DNA of 64,000 nucleotides, from contig CACKBP010000005.1 in assembly GCA_902598315.1 (NCBI GenBank), forward strand, positions 32,583 to 96,582. Direction: 5' to 3'. The notes under the pieces were generated by a model. The model saw only the letters and a program-made list of their open reading frames with translations. It did no database searches and was not told where the DNA came from. The translations under genes and the position numbers were made by a program. This document shows positions 19,065 through 29,114 of this stretch, piece after piece. The stretch's first letter is position 1; every line of letters begins with the position of its first letter. This DNA is from an uncultured Pelagibacteraceae bacterium. GTDB taxonomy: Bacteria > Pseudomonadota > Alphaproteobacteria > Pelagibacterales > Pelagibacteraceae.

Positions 19065-19376
19065 ATGGAAATAGATCCCTTTATATTTAGATTAAGTATA
19101 TTTATTTTGTCAATATTCATTGGCTATTATGTTGTATGGAGCGTCACACCATCTCTTCACACACCGTTAATGTCAGTTACAAACGCTATCTCATCAGTTA
19201 TTATTGTGGGAGCTATAATAGCGGCTTTAGCTGGATCCTCAGGAAGTATTTTCAACATTTCAAGTATTTTTGGTTTTATCGCTATAATTTTAGCAGCAAT
19301 TAACATATTTGGAGGTTTTTTAGTAACTCAAAGAATGCTCCAAATGTACAAAAAAAAGAAAGATAAAAAGAAATGA
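19065..19376 (+). CDS. pntAB: NAD(P) transhydrogenase alpha subunit, part 2 (membrane)
   Basis: VTPSLHTPLMSVTNAIS, NIFGGFLVTQRML. Confidence 0.96.
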   Translation: MEIDPFIFRLSIFILSIFIGYYVVWSVTPSLHTPLMSVTNAISSVIIVGAIIAALAGSSGSIFNISSIFGFIAIILAAINIFGGFLVTQRMLQMYKKKKDKKK

Positions 19377-20776
19377 TTTCTGCAAATTTATCGGCAGTTT
19401 TCTATCTAATTTCAGGAATATTATTTATTCTTGCTCTAAGAGGTTTGTCATCTCCAGATACTTCTAGACAAGGAAACTATTTTGGAATCGCAGGAATGAT
19501 AATTGCTGTAGTCGTCACATTTTTATCTATTGGTAATTTTTCTTCATCTTTAGTTTATGTAATAGTTTTTCTATTAATTGGGGGCGCAGTTGGAGCTTTT
19601 ATAGCCTTCAGAATTCCAATGACTGCTATGCCAGAGCTAGTGGCAGGTTTCCACAGTTTAGTTGGTTTAGCTGCAGTTTTTGTAGCTATATCAGCCTTTC
19701 TAAATCCAGCAGCTTTTAATTTAGGAATTGTAGGAAAAATTAAATTAGCAAGTCTTATAGAAATGTCTATTGGTGCAGCAGTAGGTGCAATTACTTTTTC
19801 AGGTTCAATAATAGCTTTTTTAAAATTAAGAGGGATAATGTCTGGCTCTCCAATTACATTTAGTGGCCAGCATATGTTAAATTTATTTCTAGGTTTAGGA
19901 ATTTTTGTTTTGATATTTTATCTATGTAAAACACAGTCGGCAAATATCTTTTGGACTGTAATTTTGATTTCTTTTTTAGTTGGTGTTTTGTTGATAATAC
20001 CTATTGGAGGGGCAGACATGCCAGTTGTAATTTCAATGCTTAACTCTTATTCTGGTTGGGCAGCAGCTGGAATAGGTTTCACTTTAGAAAACACGGCCTT
20101 GATTATAACTGGTGCACTCGTTGGATCTTCCGGAGCAATTCTTTCTTACATTATGTGTAAAGCAATGAATAGGTCTTTTGTTAGTGTGATACTTGGTGGA
20201 TTCGGAGCAGACAATTCTTCTGAAGATAAAAAAGGAAGTAAAGATCAGAAACCAGTTAAAAGTGGAAATGCTGAGGATGCAGCTTTTTTAATGAAAAACG
20301 CTTCATCAGTTATCATAGTTCCAGGTTACGGAATGGCTGTGGCACAAGCCCAACACGCTCTTAGGGAAATGGTAGATAAATTAAAAAAAAATGATATCAA
20401 AGTAACCTATGCAATCCATCCAGTTGCAGGGAGAATGCCGGGACACATGAATGTCTTGTTAGCTGAAGCAAATGTTCCTTACGATGAGGTATTCGAATTA
20501 GAGGATATAAACAATGATTTTGCAAATTCAGACGTAGCATTTGTAATTGGAGCTAATGATGTAACCAATCCTGTGGCTAAAACAGATCCTAAAAGTCCAA
20601 TATTCGGTATGCCAGTACTGGATGTAGAAAAATGTAAATCAGTCTTATTTGTCAAGAGAAGTTTGTCACCTGGATATGCTGGAATAGACAATGAATTATT
20701 TTATAAAGATAATACTTTGATGTTATTTGCGGATGCAAAAAAAATGACAGAAGATATTGTTAAAAATTTAGATTAA
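19373..20776 (+). CDS. pntB: NAD(P) transhydrogenase beta subunit
   Basis: MPELVAGFHS, GGADMPVV, PGYGMAVAQAQ, HPVAGRMPGHMN. Confidence 0.97.
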   Translation: MISANLSAVFYLISGILFILALRGLSSPDTSRQGNYFGIAGMIIAVVVTFLSIGNFSSSLVYVIVFLLIGGAVGAFIAFRIPMTAMPELVAGFHSLVGLAAVFVAISAFLNPAAFNLGIVGKIKLASLIEMSIGAAVGAITFSGSIIAFLKLRGIMSGSPITFSGQHMLNLFLGLGIFVLIFYLCKTQSANIFWTVILISFLVGVLLIIPIGGADMPVVISMLNSYSGWAAAGIGFTLENTALIITGALVGSSGAILSYIMCKAMNRSFVSVILGGFGADNSSEDKKGSKDQKPVKSGNAEDAAFLMKNASSVIIVPGYGMAVAQAQHALREMVDKLKKNDIKVTYAIHPVAGRMPGHMNVLLAEANVPYDEVFELEDINNDFANSDVAFVIGANDVTNPVAKTDPKSPIFGMPVLDVEKCKSVLFVKRSLSPGYAGIDNELFYKDNTLMLFADAKKMTEDIVKNLD

Positions 20777-21477
20777 TGAAAACAAAAATATTCTGTGATA
20801 TAGCTGATTATGAAACTATCAAATTTTTCAATAATAAATCTCTAGTTGATGGTTTTACTACCAATCCAAGTTTAATGAGATTAGCAGGAGCTAAGAATTA
20901 TAAAGATTACTCTCTTAAGATTTTAAAAATTTGTAAAAAAAAACCAATTTCTTTTGAGGTGTTTGCAGATAACTTTAAAGATATGCTTAAACAAGCTTAT
21001 GAAATTAACTCTTGGAGTAAAAATGTTTACGTGAAAATACCAGTAGTAAATTCTAAAGGAATTTTTACTGGTCAAGTTATTAAAGAATTAAGCGATAAAG
21101 GGATTAAACTAAATATAACAGCAGTTTATACGTTTGAACAAACCAGAAAGGTTTATAAAAAATTAAACAAAAAAACTAAATCTATTATCTCTATATTTGC
21201 TGGAAGAATGGCAGATAAGGGCAAAGATCCACTTCCAATCTTTAAAAAAAGTATTTCTTTGACAAAAAAAAGTAAAAATATAGAAATACTTTGGGCAAGC
21301 ACTAGAGAGGCATATAATTACACTCAAGCAAAACAATTAAACTGCAATATAATTACTATGCCACCTAAAATTATAAATCAAATTAGCACATTTGGAAGAA
21401 GTTTTAAAAAAATGACAATAGATACTGTAAAAGGTTTTCTAAGCGATAGCAAAAAATCTAAATTCTATTTAAAATAA
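20776..21477 (+). CDS. tal: Transaldolase (small type)
   Basis: GFTTNPSL, ISFEV, YVKIP (Schiff-base Lys), SIFAGR (Phe indicates TAL rather than FSA), LWAS. Confidence 0.88.
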   Translation: MKTKIFCDIADYETIKFFNNKSLVDGFTTNPSLMRLAGAKNYKDYSLKILKICKKKPISFEVFADNFKDMLKQAYEINSWSKNVYVKIPVVNSKGIFTGQVIKELSDKGIKLNITAVYTFEQTRKVYKKLNKKTKSIISIFAGRMADKGKDPLPIFKKSISLTKKSKNIEILWASTREAYNYTQAKQLNCNIITMPPKIINQISTFGRSFKKMTIDTVKGFLSDSKKSKFYLK

Positions 21478-21482
21478 TTAAC

Positions 21483-21559
<77 letters not shown>

Positions 21560-21564
21560 TTAAA

Positions 21565-21768
21565 TTATTTTTTTTTTATGTTTATAGCTTGAAGCTTATC
21601 TTTCTCTTCTTTTATATCAAAAAAAATTGTTTGTTCCTCTTTCAGCACTCTTAATTTAGAATTTTCTAACGCTGATACATGAAGAAAAATATCTTTTTGC
21701 GTTTTATCTTCTGTGATAAAACCATAACCTTTTTTTGCATTGAACCACTTCACTTTACCTGACGGCAT
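21565..21768 (-). CDS. cspA: Cold-shock protein
   Basis: GKVKWFNAKKGYGFI, DIFLHVS; AGAGGA SD supports a start at 21768 rather than 21783. Confidence 0.93.
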   Translation of the reverse strand: MPSGKVKWFNAKKGYGFITEDKTQKDIFLHVSALENSKLRVLKEEQTIFFDIKEEKDKLQAINIKKK

Positions 21769-21793
21769 TTTTAATCCTCTCATTTTATAAAAA

Positions 21794-21988
21794 TTAGTAC
21801 CTGTTTTTTAGTTTTTGAAGTTTTTTTATTCTTTTTAAGTTTTCAGTTTGAACACGTTTCTTTTTTTCTGAAGGTTTCTCATATGTACTTTTCATTTTCA
21901 TTACTTTAAAAAATCCTTCCTTTTGCAATTTTCTTTTTAGAACTCTGATTGCCTGCTCTACATTATTGTCTTTAACGTCTATCTTAAT
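21794..21988 (-). CDS. rpsU: 30S ribosomal protein S21 with probable ATT start, absent from the ORF track
   Basis: (M)KIDVKDNNVEQAIRVLKRKLQKEGFFKVMKMKSTYEKPSEKKKR...RY*; GGAGG 5 nt before ATT; in-frame TAA five codons upstream. Confidence 0.93.
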   Translation of the reverse strand: MKIDVKDNNVEQAIRVLKRKLQKEGFFKVMKMKSTYEKPSEKKKRVQTENLKRIKKLQKLKNRY

Positions 21989-22039
21989 AAAAACCTCCAG
22001 TTAATTTTCATGTTTGTTATCACTTGTATACTACTTTGT

Positions 22040-22624
22040 CTAGACTGAGACTATCTGTGCCTTTTTTTCCTCTCTAATTTTAGCTTTTTTTTCCCTCTCA
22101 ATTCTTCTCTTAGCTTTTTCTAAACTTTTTTGAAAAGCCTCTTGAGTACATAGAGATAAAATTACAGGATCTCTCGGTTTTAAGTTAGAAAAATTCCAAT
22201 AACTTCTTTTTCTAATTAAAGACACCGTCCCTTTTGTGCTGCCTACAAGCTTTGATATTTGCCCGTCGGTTAGCTCAGAAGCATTTTTACAAAGCCATAA
22301 AATTGCGTCAGGTCTATCTTGTCTTTTAGAAAGAGGGGTATACTTTGGTTTTTTTCTCTCCTTTACTTCAACTTCATCTATTTTTTTTAAAAGATTTAAT
22401 TTTTTATTTGGATCATTTGAGCAGGTTTCTATTTCCTCTCTTGATAATTGCCCAGCTAAAATTGGATTATAAGCTTTTATACTTTTTGCTACATCTCCAT
22501 CCGCTATTCCTTTCACTTCTAATTCATGTAGATTACAAAATTCCGCAATTTGTTTAAAAGTAAGTGTAGTATTTTCAACAAGCCAAACAGCAGTAGCTTT
22601 TGGCATGAATGGAGTTTCGCTCAT
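22040..22624 (-). CDS. trcR: DUF1013 protein / TrcR transcription regulator
   Basis: PFMPKATAVWLVENTTLTFKQIA, YTPLSKRQDRPDAI, YWNFSNLKPRDPV. Confidence 0.88.
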   Translation of the reverse strand: MSETPFMPKATAVWLVENTTLTFKQIAEFCNLHELEVKGIADGDVAKSIKAYNPILAGQLSREEIETCSNDPNKKLNLLKKIDEVEVKERKKPKYTPLSKRQDRPDAILWLCKNASELTDGQISKLVGSTKGTVSLIRKRSYWNFSNLKPRDPVILSLCTQEAFQKSLEKAKRRIEREKKAKIREEKKAQIVSV

Positions 22625-22626
22625 AA

Positions 22627-22851
22627 TTATTTTTTTGATCTAAGATTACTAAATTTTTTATTATATTTACTAACTCTTCCTTTATCTAAAATTTTTTGAG
22701 TTCCACCTGTCCATGCAAAATGTGACCTCGGATCAATATCCAACCTAAGAGTGTCATTTTCTTTTCCCCAGGTAGACTTAGTTTCAAACTGAGATCCATC
22801 TGTCATTACAACTTTAATTTTATGGTAATCAGGATGTATGTTTTTTTTCAT
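22627..22851 (-). CDS. rpmE: 50S ribosomal protein L31 (zinc-free)
   Basis: [30 protein letters not shown]. Confidence 0.95.
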   Translation of the reverse strand: MKKNIHPDYHKIKVVMTDGSQFETKSTWGKENDTLRLDIDPRSHFAWTGGTQKILDKGRVSKYNKKFSNLRSKK

Positions 22852-22879
22852 TGGCCGAGTTTTATATTAATATTAGTTT

Positions 22880-23680
22880 TTACTCAATATCTTTTTTATT
22901 AATTAAATCTTTTAAATTTTGATGAATATTACTGTTAGAGGCCAAAATATTCTTTTTTATAGGATCTTCTTCACTTTGTTCAAAAAAATTAACAAACCCC
23001 CCTGCTTCTTTTACTATAATAATCCCAGCAGCTATATCCCAATAATTTAATTCTCTTTGCCAATAACCATCAAATCTTCCTGAAGCAACATAAGCCATAT
23101 CTAAAGCTGCGCTACCAAATTTTCTTATATTTGTAACGTTTTTAGAAATTTTTATATACTCAGAAAAAATTTTTTCCTTTATCTTACTAGTTTGCTTTGG
23201 CCCTCCAGTAACTAATAAAGACTCTTGAAATTTTTTCTTATTGGAAACTCTTATTCTTGAATTATTTAAATAAGCACCATTACCTTTCTCTGCACAAAAC
23301 ATTTCGTTGGTAATCGGATTGAAAATCACTCCACATTTAATTTCGTCATTTTCTTCATATCCTATAGATATTGCGAATTGAGGTATTCCATTGAGGAAAT
23401 TCATTGTTCCATCGATTGGATCTATTATCCATCTATTTTTATTATTTGATCCATTTAAAATTCCAGACTCCTCTGTTAAGATTCCGTAATTTGGTTGAGC
23501 TTTTTGAAGTTCTTCAACTATTATTTTTTCAGTTCTTTTGTCTGCAGATGTAACAAAATCTCCAGGTGCTTTTGAAGAAACCTGCAAGTTTTCGATTTCT
23601 CCAAAATCCCTTATCAAGAACCTAGATGCCTTCATGCAAGCTTTAATAATTACATTAATATGAGGAGAGTCTAATCTCAT
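22880..23680 (-). CDS. suhB: Inositol monophosphatase family (SuhB)
   Basis: DFVTSAD, WIIDPIDGTMNF, GSAALD, WDIAAG. Confidence 0.93.
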   Translation of the reverse strand: MRLDSPHINVIIKACMKASRFLIRDFGEIENLQVSSKAPGDFVTSADKRTEKIIVEELQKAQPNYGILTEESGILNGSNNKNRWIIDPIDGTMNFLNGIPQFAISIGYEENDEIKCGVIFNPITNEMFCAEKGNGAYLNNSRIRVSNKKKFQESLLVTGGPKQTSKIKEKIFSEYIKISKNVTNIRKFGSAALDMAYVASGRFDGYWQRELNYWDIAAGIIIVKEAGGFVNFFEQSEEDPIKKNILASNSNIHQNLKDLINKKDIE

Positions 23681-24243
23681 TTACTTACTCTTTTCACATA
23701 CTCTAAAGTTCTTGTATCTATTACAATTTTTTCTCCGCTTTCCACAAAAGGTGGAACGTTTATTTTGACTCCACTTTCAAGAATAGCAGGTTTATACGAT
23801 GAAGAAGCGGTTTGATTTTTAATTGAAGCATCTGTAGACTCAATCTTACATTCAATTGTATTTGGTAATTGAATTGAAATTGGTTTTTCGTTCATAAAAA
23901 AAACTGTTACCTCTAAATTTTCTTTTAGAAGTTTGTACTGTTCCCCAGTAATTAATTTAGATATTTGAACTTGATCAAAAGTCTCATTTTCCATAAAATG
24001 ACAATTTTCTTCATCAGAGTATAAAAAATTAAATTTTTTTTCATCTACTTCTGCTTTCTCTACTGTCTCACTCGATCGAAACCTTTCATTTAGCTTAGTT
24101 CCCTTAACTACATTTTTAAGTTCAACTTGATTAAAGGCCCCACCTTTACCTGGTTTAACATGTTGGGTTTTTAGAACATTCCAATAGTCATTTTTATGTT
24201 CTATTATCATACCGGGTTTAATTTCATTAGCTGTTATTTTCAT
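23677..24243 (-). CDS. efp: Elongation factor P
   Basis: HVKPGKGGAF, KPAILESG, VPPF, DTR..EY..R. Confidence 0.96.
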   Translation of the reverse strand: MKITANEIKPGMIIEHKNDYWNVLKTQHVKPGKGGAFNQVELKNVVKGTKLNERFRSSETVEKAEVDEKKFNFLYSDEENCHFMENETFDQVQISKLITGEQYKLLKENLEVTVFFMNEKPISIQLPNTIECKIESTDASIKNQTASSSYKPAILESGVKINVPPFVESGEKIVIDTRTLEYVKRVSK

Positions 24244-24842
24244 CTAAATTTTTTTATTGCAAATTTGGGTTTTAATTTCGGGTTATCCCAAATATAACTT
24301 GATATTGCAATATATTTTGCTCCATATTTAATTAATTTTTTGTAATTTTTATTATTAATACCACCAATTGCAACAATTGGTTTTTTTATATTTTTCTTAG
24401 CCCATTTTAAAATATTCAAATCAGCTTTAACTGCTTTTGATTTCAATTTTGATTTATAAAAAGCTCCAAATGCTAAATAATCAGCATTACATCTTATAGC
24501 TTTTTCTGCAAGTAATTTCGAATTATGACAGGTTATACCCAAAATTTTATTTTTTAATTTCCGTCTAGCGATTTTCTTAGACCCATCTAATTGTCCTAAG
24601 TGGCACCCATCAGCTCTAGATTTTAAAGCTAATTTATAATCATCGTTAACTATTAATTTTACTTTATATTTTGAAGTAATTTTTTTAACTTTTTTAGTTA
24701 TGTTAATTATTTTATCTTTTTTAATTTTTTTTAATCTTATTTGAAAAAATGCAGTGTTGCCGAAAGACAGAACTTCTTCAAGTTCACTATAAAAATTTTT
24801 ACTTATTTTATTTGGAGAGATTAAATAAATGGATCTTTTCAA
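24240..24842 (-). CDS. thiE: Thiamine phosphate synthase (ThiE-like)
   Basis: QIRLK, LIVND, DGCHLGQLD, GITCHNS, DYLAFG, VAIGGI. Confidence 0.88.
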   Translation of the reverse strand: MKRSIYLISPNKISKNFYSELEEVLSFGNTAFFQIRLKKIKKDKIINITKKVKKITSKYKVKLIVNDDYKLALKSRADGCHLGQLDGSKKIARRKLKNKILGITCHNSKLLAEKAIRCNADYLAFGAFYKSKLKSKAVKADLNILKWAKKNIKKPIVAIGGINNKNYKKLIKYGAKYIAISSYIWDNPKLKPKFAIKKFR

Positions 24843-24847
24843 TGAAA

Positions 24848-25864
24848 TTAAGCCGCTGAATCTTTTTCTAATTTTTCAGACCATTCTCCTTTTGAAGACA
24901 GCCCATTCATTTTTGCTCTGTGATTAAAAGCTTTTTGAATATTTTCAGTATTTTTTTGGTCTTTACCGAATTCTTTAAGGGCACTTGCTTGTAAACCTCT
25001 CCCATAAGAAAAAGTAATTAAAAAACTTGTATCATTAATTTTATTAATTTCATTTAAGTTTTTGCTTGACTCAATTTCAGTTTGACCTCCCGATAAAAAA
25101 GCAATGCCAGGCACTTCTGACGGAACATTTTTTTTAAGACAATCTAATGTTTTTTTTGCAATTTGTTCAGCACTGGATTTTTCTTTACAGTCTATGCCAG
25201 GAATTATCATATTAGGTTTTAAAACAGTTCCCTTTAAATCAACTTTATGAGTATTTAACTCATTATAACATTCATTAAGAACGTCAGTAGTCACATCGTA
25301 ACATTTATCTATATTATGTGAGCCATCCATTAAAACTTCTGGCTCTATAATAGGAACCATTTTTGATTCTTGAACTAAAGCAGCATATCTTGCTAATGCA
25401 TGAGCATTAGACTTTATGGATTGTTTAGAGGGAAAATCATTTCCAATTTTATATACAGCTCTCCACTTTGTGAATCTTGCGCCTAGTTTGTAGTATTCTT
25501 TTAATCTTTCTCTTAATCCATCTAATCCCTCAGTAATTGTCTCATCATTAGAGCCTGCCATAGGTTTTGCACCCTTATCTACTTTTATTCCAGGTATAAC
25601 ACCATGTTTTGAAATTAGCTCAGGTATCGTAAGACCTAAAGTTGTTGTCTGTCTGATAGTTTCATCAAATAAAATTACACCGCCTATGTAATTTTTCATT
25701 GCACTTGAATTAAAAAGTGTTTGTCTAAAATTTAGTCTATTTTGTTCAAGATTGTCGACATTAATACTTTTGAATCTTTTTGCTATAGTACCAGTGCTTT
25801 CATCTGCAGCTAAAATACCTTTACCTTTTTCACACATTTTTTTAGCTATCTCATTTAATTCCAT
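24848..25864 (-). CDS. fbaB: Fructose-bisphosphate aldolase class I
   Basis: GILAADES, GIKVDKG, KWRAV, VPIIEPEV, LKPNM, FLSGGQ, FSYGR. Confidence 0.96.
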   Translation of the reverse strand: MELNEIAKKMCEKGKGILAADESTGTIAKRFKSINVDNLEQNRLNFRQTLFNSSAMKNYIGGVILFDETIRQTTTLGLTIPELISKHGVIPGIKVDKGAKPMAGSNDETITEGLDGLRERLKEYYKLGARFTKWRAVYKIGNDFPSKQSIKSNAHALARYAALVQESKMVPIIEPEVLMDGSHNIDKCYDVTTDVLNECYNELNTHKVDLKGTVLKPNMIIPGIDCKEKSSAEQIAKKTLDCLKKNVPSEVPGIAFLSGGQTEIESSKNLNEINKINDTSFLITFSYGRGLQASALKEFGKDQKNTENIQKAFNHRAKMNGLSSKGEWSEKLEKDSAA

Positions 25865-25873
25865 AAAAGTTTT

Positions 25874-27064
25874 TTATTTTAAAACACTCAGACCAGGCAA
25901 GTCTTTTCCTTCAAGGTATTCTAGAAAGGCGCCTCCTGCTGTTGATAAGTGAGTAAAAAACAGTTTTTCTTTACTTTTGTTTACTGCAGAGAGCGTATCT
26001 CCACCTCCTAAAATCGAAATTAAAGATTTATTTTTAGTATTTTCTGAAATTTTTTTTGCTATAGACATTGTTCCATCTTTAAAATTTTCATTTTCAAAAT
26101 AACCAGCCGGGCCATTCCATAAAAGAGTATTTGAGTTATCTATTTTACTGCAAATTGATTTTATTGTTTCTTTTCCTATATCTAAAATAATCTCGTCCTT
26201 TTTTATATCTTTTAGTTTTTTATTTATACCGTTACCTGATAATTCTTTTCCTACTTTACAATCTTCAGGTATGATTATTTCACAATTTTTTTCATCTGCT
26301 TGTTTAATGATCTTTTCTATAATATTTTTTGTATTTTTTTCTACTAGAGATTTTCCCACTCGATAACCCTTAAATGAAATAAAATTATTAGCCATTGCTC
26401 CAACTATTACAAGATTATCAACCTCTTTTATTAAATTAGATATAACATTAATTTTTGTAGATATTTTTGCACCACCTATAATACATGTTACAGGCCTCTT
26501 TTTATTTTTCGTAATAAAATTAATAGCGTTAATTTCTTTTTTCATTAAAAAACCTGCATAAGATTTTTTAACAAATTTTGTGATTTTATGAATCGAAGCT
26601 TGTTTTCTATGAGAGCACGAAAAAGCATCGTTAATATAAATATCACAAATTGAACCCAGTCTTTTTGCAAAAACCTCGTCGTTCTCCTCCTCCTCTTTAA
26701 AATATCTAATATTTTCAAATAAAATTATGTCTCCTTCTTTATTGTATGAAAATTCTTCCATAATATTTCTTTTTAAGTTCCCTTTGTAGAAATAAACATT
26801 CGTATTTAACTTTTTTTTTAAATATCTATGTATTGGATCAAGCGAGAGTTCCGGCACTCTTTGACCCTTTGGCCTTCCTAAGTGACTCAAAATTATGATT
26901 TTAGCTTTTTTTTTTATTAATGTTTTAATGAGTGGAAAACACAAATTTATTCTAGTGTCATCCTGGATTATATTATCTTTAATTGGAACATTAAAATCTA
27001 ACCGCAACATAACAGTCTTATTTTGAACATCTAAATTTTCAGAAAAAAAATTTATATTCTCCAT
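25874..27064 (-). CDS. pgk: Phosphoglycerate kinase
   Basis: RLDFNVP, SHLGRP, NDAF..SHR, GGAK, WNGP, STAGGAFLEYLEG. Confidence 0.96.
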   Translation of the reverse strand: MENINFFSENLDVQNKTVMLRLDFNVPIKDNIIQDDTRINLCFPLIKTLIKKKAKIIILSHLGRPKGQRVPELSLDPIHRYLKKKLNTNVYFYKGNLKRNIMEEFSYNKEGDIILFENIRYFKEEEENDEVFAKRLGSICDIYINDAFSCSHRKQASIHKITKFVKKSYAGFLMKKEINAINFITKNKKRPVTCIIGGAKISTKINVISNLIKEVDNLVIVGAMANNFISFKGYRVGKSLVEKNTKNIIEKIIKQADEKNCEIIIPEDCKVGKELSGNGINKKLKDIKKDEIILDIGKETIKSICSKIDNSNTLLWNGPAGYFENENFKDGTMSIAKKISENTKNKSLISILGGGDTLSAVNKSKEKLFFTHLSTAGGAFLEYLEGKDLPGLSVLK

Positions 27065-27074
27065 TAGGTCTGAC

Positions 27075-29057
27075 TTAATTTCTTAGATGATTTTGAATTA
27101 TATTTAAGATTTTTTCCTCTGTTAAATTAAAATGTTCATAAATTTTTTTGTAAGGGGCGCTTTCACCAAAACTCTCTATACCAAAACTATAACCTTTATC
27201 TCCTCTATACTTTTGCCAAGAAGAAACTGAGCCTGCCTCGATTGTAAATACCACAGAGTTTGAATCGAATATCTCTTTCTTGTAGGCTTCTGGTTGTTTA
27301 TCAAATAAATCCATACAAGGCATTGAAACAACTTTTGATTCAATTTTATTTTCTTTTAACCTTTCTTGAACTTTTATAGCCAATTCTAATTCTGAACCAG
27401 ATGCTACTAATATGACATTGCTCTCATGGGAAGTTACTTTTATTGTATAAGCTCCATTTGCACATTTGTTGGTCTCTGAATACTCTGGGTTTATGTAAGG
27501 TAGCTTTTGCCTTGATAACACAATCGCACTTGGAGTATTTTTACTTTTAAGAGCAATCTCCCAGCATTCTAAAGTTTCATTAATATCAGCTGGTCTAAAT
27601 ACATTTAAATTAGGAATTGCTCTTAAACCAGCTAGTTGCTCTATTGGTTGATGCGTTGGCCCATCCTCTCCAAGCCCAATAGAATCGTGTGAAAAAATAT
27701 ATATTACTTTAAGTCCCATTAAAGCTGATAATCTAATTGAAGGTTTACAATAATCAGAAAAAATTAAAAATGTTCCTCCATAAGGTATTAAGCCACCATA
27801 CAATGCTAATCCATTCATAACTGCCGCCATACCATGTTCTCTGACCCCGTAATGAATATAATTTCCATTAAAATTTTTTGAATTTACTATGACTGAGTTA
27901 GAAGTTTTTGTATTATTTGAGCCGCTTAAATCAGCTGAACCCCCGATTAATTGAGGAAGAATACCAGTTAAACTTTCTATTGTTTTTGCAGAACACTGCC
28001 TGGTTGCTAAGCTTGGTTTAGAAGTAAAATATTTAGATTTTTCCTCTTTAATTAAATTAACTAATTTTGAGTTATCAAGTTCTTTATTAATATTCTCTAA
28101 TTCTATTAAAATTTTTGATTTTTTTTTATTAATATCGTTTTTCCATTTTTCCTCTAACTTTTCTCCCTTTTCACCAATTTTTTTCCACTCATTTAAAATA
28201 TCATCAGGTATTACAAATGGTTTATTATTCCATTTAAGTTTTTTTCTCACTAATGCTATTTCATCTTCTCCCAATGGAGCGCCATGAGACGATGACTTGC
28301 CAGATTTATTAGGAGAACCGAAACCAATAATTGTCTTACAGGAAATTATTGTTGGCTTATTTGATTTTGTAGATTTAGTAATAGCACTAGAAATCTGCTT
28401 ATTGTTATGCCCATCAATTTCTAAAAAATTCCAGCCGTATGATTCAAATCTTTTTTTATAGTTATCAGATACACTTAAAGATGTAGATCCATCAATTGAT
28501 ATTTTATTATTGTCAAAAAAAACAATTAAATTCTTAAGTTTTAAATGACCTGCTAAACTCATGGCCTCATGACTTATACCTTCCATTAAATCTCCATCAC
28601 TCGCAACTACATAAGTTTTATTATTAATTATACTTTTCCCAAATTTTTTGCTCAAAATTTCCTCTGCTAAAGCCATTCCAACAGCATTACCTAAACCTTG
28701 CCCAAGTGGGCCAGTTGTAGTTTCAATTCCAGAACCTTTTTTATATTCGGGATGGCCAGCACAAATAGAATTTAACTGTCTAAAATTTTTTATGTCCTCT
28801 AAAGAAACTGATTTGTAGCCAGTAAGGTAAAGCAATGAATAAAGAAGCATCGAACCGTGACCAGCTGATAAAATAAATCTATCTCTATTAATCCATTCTG
28901 GATTTTTAGGGTTAAACCTGAGGTGGTATTTAAATAAAACTGTAGCTACATCAGCCATGCCCATCGGCATGCCTGGGTGGCCAGAGTTTGCTTTTTGCAC
29001 AGCATCGATTGAGAGAAACCTTACTGCATTTGATAAATGATTTAAATTTATACTCAC
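27075..29057 (-). CDS. tkt: Transketolase
   Basis: SGHPGMPMG, DRFILSAGH, TTGPLGQG, DGDLMEG, GEDGPTHQP; GTG start. Confidence 0.97.
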   Translation of the reverse strand: MSINLNHLSNAVRFLSIDAVQKANSGHPGMPMGMADVATVLFKYHLRFNPKNPEWINRDRFILSAGHGSMLLYSLLYLTGYKSVSLEDIKNFRQLNSICAGHPEYKKGSGIETTTGPLGQGLGNAVGMALAEEILSKKFGKSIINNKTYVVASDGDLMEGISHEAMSLAGHLKLKNLIVFFDNNKISIDGSTSLSVSDNYKKRFESYGWNFLEIDGHNNKQISSAITKSTKSNKPTIISCKTIIGFGSPNKSGKSSSHGAPLGEDEIALVRKKLKWNNKPFVIPDDILNEWKKIGEKGEKLEEKWKNDINKKKSKILIELENINKELDNSKLVNLIKEEKSKYFTSKPSLATRQCSAKTIESLTGILPQLIGGSADLSGSNNTKTSNSVIVNSKNFNGNYIHYGVREHGMAAVMNGLALYGGLIPYGGTFLIFSDYCKPSIRLSALMGLKVIYIFSHDSIGLGEDGPTHQPIEQLAGLRAIPNLNVFRPADINETLECWEIALKSKNTPSAIVLSRQKLPYINPEYSETNKCANGAYTIKVTSHESNVILVASGSELELAIKVQERLKENKIESKVVSMPCMDLFDKQPEAYKKEIFDSNSVVFTIEAGSVSSWQKYRGDKGYSFGIESFGESAPYKKIYEHFNLTEEKILNIIQNHLRN

Positions 29058-29100
29058 TTTTAATAACCTATATAGACTTAAAGTAAGTATATCAATATTA

Positions 29101-29109
29101 TGATATAAT
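29101..29109 (+). promoter_or_regulatory. Extended -10 element (TGaTATAAT), likely leaderless start of the zapA operon
   Basis: Perfect TGnTATAAT ending 5 nt before the ATG at 29115. Confidence 0.5.
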
Positions 29110-29114
29110 ATTTT

